Below, piece after piece: positions 61,715-64,000 of a stretch of 64,000 nt of DNA. The number at the start of each line of letters is the position of its first letter. Position 1 is the first letter of the stretch. The position numbers and the translations under genes are program-made. Under the pieces are notes generated by a model. That model ran no database searches, was not told the DNA's origin, and saw only the letters and a program-made list of their open reading frames with translations. The DNA lies in contig PMCA01000011.1 in NCBI GenBank assembly GCA_003153935.1, positions 67,912 through 131,911 of the forward strand, given 5' to 3'. This stretch comes from Elusimicrobiota bacterium (lineage in GTDB: Bacteria; CAYTYR01; UBA6262).

Positions 61715-63163
61715 ATGAAAAGAACGGCATTACTCCTGGCAATTTTACTTAGCACATTGACTATTAAAACCACCTTGGCAGAAGAAATTTATGCTAAACC
61801 GGACCAGGAATTTATGAGCGGTGACTTGCAAGATAAATATGATGACATCAAAACTGGCACTTTGCGTTTCCTTGATAGCTTAAGATCACCCGAAACAGGA
61901 TTATTGCAAAGCTACAAAAGCAGCAGCTTATACTACTACATACCTTCCTCTAATACCTTTGAAAAAGGTCAGGAACCCTACCTGGACAATCAGGCGTATA
62001 CCTATGATATGGCTACGGCCATCATGATTTATGCTGCTACGGGCCAGGCAGAAAAAGCCAAACGTATAATTGAAGTTCTTAATAAGGAATTTTACCGGGA
62101 GAAGAATGGGCAGATCGGGTTACTGACTTCTTATCGTTGCGACCATTTTGCCAGCGACAAAACGCTGATCATGGGTGATGACGGTGACCGCATCCATGTC
62201 GGTCCGAGCATGTGGGTCGCGTTAGCCTGTTTGCAGTATACCCGTATAACCGGTGACGGGAAGTACTTCCCCTTTGTCGTAGATATCGCCAAGTGGGCTT
62301 CGGCTTTACCGCATTATAAATATCCAGACGGTAAATTAGGAGGGGTTTCGATGGGCTCCGGCTGGGGGCCGGACTGGAGTCGGGTTTATTCTACGGAAAA
62401 TTGTAAGGATTATTACTCTATCTTAGTAATTTTATCGCGTATGTACTCACAATGTTCAGATAAAGTCAGACAAGTTTTTATAGATAAAAAATTTACCGAT
62501 AAAGAAATGAACAGGGAAATGGCCGGAATGGAGCGGTGGTTTAAGGAAATTGCCTATAACAAGGAAACTGGCGGCTTCAATTGCGGCTATAATGAAGATG
62601 GACTGGATACCTGTAAGGCCCTGGATACCATTAGCAATAGTATCTCGGTAGTGGGGCCGGAAAAACTTAAGAAGTGGGGCATAGATCCTTTTGGCTTGAT
62701 AGAATTCGCGGAAAAATATCTCCAGGTAAAAGACACTATTAAGGGACAATCCGTGGAAGGATTTGATTTTACGGTTCCGGAGGAAATAGGGAATAAGCGC
62801 CGCAGAGTTATCTGGATAGAAGGAACAGCCCAAATGGTTCTGGCCTATAAGATCATGTCACAATATAGTGCTTCGATCGGGGATACAACCAAGGCTAAGG
62901 ACTATAAAGATAAAGCCGTCAAATTCAGCGGACAGCTGGATAAGATCGCAGAGCTGATAAACTTACCGGATCAGGCTTTGCCCTACGTAACCTATAACCC
63001 GGGCGACCAGGAGAGAATAATGACCCTCCGTTCGGAATGGGAGATTCCCAGGGCGCCAACGGGCCGCTGGGTAGGGTGCATTGCCAGCACGGCCTGGCGG
63101 TTCTTCAGCTTAACCTATTACAATCCCATGATGATGGGATCCTTTTCCTTCTGTTTTGAGTAG
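61715..63163 (+). CDS. Secreted hypothetical protein, probable (alpha/alpha)6 glycoside hydrolase-like
   Basis: Signal peptide; YTYDMATA, WVALA, YSTEN, WIEGTAQMVLAY helical-barrel-type motifs. Confidence 0.55.
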   Translation: MKRTALLLAILLSTLTIKTTLAEEIYAKPDQEFMSGDLQDKYDDIKTGTLRFLDSLRSPETGLLQSYKSSSLYYYIPSSNTFEKGQEPYLDNQAYTYDMATAIMIYAATGQAEKAKRIIEVLNKEFYREKNGQIGLLTSYRCDHFASDKTLIMGDDGDRIHVGPSMWVALACLQYTRITGDGKYFPFVVDIAKWASALPHYKYPDGKLGGVSMGSGWGPDWSRVYSTENCKDYYSILVILSRMYSQCSDKVRQVFIDKKFTDKEMNREMAGMERWFKEIAYNKETGGFNCGYNEDGLDTCKALDTISNSISVVGPEKLKKWGIDPFGLIEFAEKYLQVKDTIKGQSVEGFDFTVPEEIGNKRRRVIWIEGTAQMVLAYKIMSQYSASIGDTTKAKDYKDKAVKFSGQLDKIAELINLPDQALPYVTYNPGDQERIMTLRSEWEIPRAPTGRWVGCIASTAWRFFSLTYYNPMMMGSFSFCFE

Positions 63164-63166
63164 GGC

Positions 63167-63195
63167 TTGACAAAGGCGGTCAAATCTGATATTAT
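63167..63195 (+). promoter_or_regulatory. Putative sigma70 promoter of por operon
   Basis: TTGACA-17 nt-TATTAT with extended -10 TG. Confidence 0.6.
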
Positions 63196-63265
63196 TAATC
63201 AGTAAGTTGGGGGTCTCTGGTGATATATCAGAGGCCTATTTCATTGATATAAAAGGAGCAAAAGA

Positions 63266-63847
63266 ATGGGCAAGTTAACAGAGATTCGCTGGCATGGCAG
63301 GGGTGGCCAGGGAGCGAAAACGGCCGCGCTATTGTTCGCCGATGCCGCCTTAGGAGAGGGTTTATATATCCAGGCTTTTCCGGAGTATGGCCCGGAACGC
63401 ATGGGCGCGCCTGTGCAGTCCTTTGACCGCTTGAGCGATGAGCCGATAACTATTCATTGCGGGGTCACTAATCCCAGTGTCGTAGTAGTGCTGGACCCTA
63501 CTTTGATCGGCACCGTAGATGTCACCCAGGGATTACCGGAAAACGGGGCGATCATTATCAACACCAGCGAAACAGCAAAGAATATCAAAGCTAAGCTGGG
63601 ATTGACCAAAGGGAAAGTCTATACTGTAGATGCTTCGGCTATTTCCCGCGATACCATTGGCAAGGATATTCCTAATACTCCGATGTTGGGGGCGCTGGCC
63701 AAGGTAACCGGCCTCATCAATTTTGAGCGTATGGTGGAAGATAACCGCAAAAAACTAACCTTGAAGTTCAAAAACAAGCCAGAGGTCATTGAAGGTAATA
63801 TTAAATCCATTCAACGTGCTTATGAAGAAGTAAAAGGCGAGGAGTAA
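63266..63847 (+). CDS. porC: Pyruvate/2-oxoacid:ferredoxin oxidoreductase gamma subunit
   Basis: EIRWHGRGGQGAKTA, QAFPEYGPERMGAPV, IPNTPMLGA. Confidence 0.92.
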   Translation: MGKLTEIRWHGRGGQGAKTAALLFADAALGEGLYIQAFPEYGPERMGAPVQSFDRLSDEPITIHCGVTNPSVVVVLDPTLIGTVDVTQGLPENGAIIINTSETAKNIKAKLGLTKGKVYTVDASAISRDTIGKDIPNTPMLGALAKVTGLINFERMVEDNRKKLTLKFKNKPEVIEGNIKSIQRAYEEVKGEE

Positions 63848-63851
63848 AATA

Positions 63852-64000
63852 ATGGCAGAAATTAAAACAGAAAAGAAAAAAGGCTGGAAGGATCTACCCG
63901 CCTGCGACTATCTGGAAGCGGGCAGCGCAACAGCGTTCGAGACTGGGGACTGGCGCAGCGAAAAACCGGTATGGATACCGGAAAATTGCATCCAATGCTT
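63852..64000 (+). CDS. porD: Pyruvate/2-oxoacid:ferredoxin oxidoreductase delta subunit (partial)
   Basis: MAEIK...GWKDLP...FETGDWRSEKPVWIPENCIQC, runs off the window end. Confidence 0.85.
   Translation, partial: MAEIKTEKKKGWKDLPACDYLEAGSATAFETGDWRSEKPVWIPENCIQC

Overview
Chromosomal origin region of a probably anaerobic, diderm (secretin-bearing) bacterium. Gene orientation flips at rpmH/dnaA (~45.9 kb), where DnaA boxes mark oriC. The usual oriC neighbourhood is present: parB-parA, four parS sites, rsmG, mnmE, jag, yidC, yidD, rnpA, rpmH | dnaA, dnaN, recF, dciA-like, gyrB, gyrA, serS, dnaX, ybaB, recR, por. The left arm carries a chemosensory operon (cheW-R-Y-B-A), a type IVa pilus operon preceded by c-di-GMP and two-component genes, a Firmicutes-like tmk-holB-yaaT-metG-tatD-yabE run, a second minor-pilin cassette and tRNA clusters containing all four Ser isoacceptors. 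The most unusual signal is three tRNA-Ser fragments (30584-30667, 30674-30736, 57235-57313). Each is interrupted at the same anticodon position by a 39-42 bp hairpin element with covarying stems, and each lies just upstream of an intact tRNA-Ser with the same anticodon. Other notable features: a pilin whose prepilin cleavage site is internal, behind a signal peptide and TM segment; a degenerate archease beside serS; heptamer-armed intergenic inverted repeats; an unannotated 48-aa Cys-rich ORF; and tadA directly behind its substrate tRNA-Arg(ACG). All calls come from reading the sequence; no searches were run.
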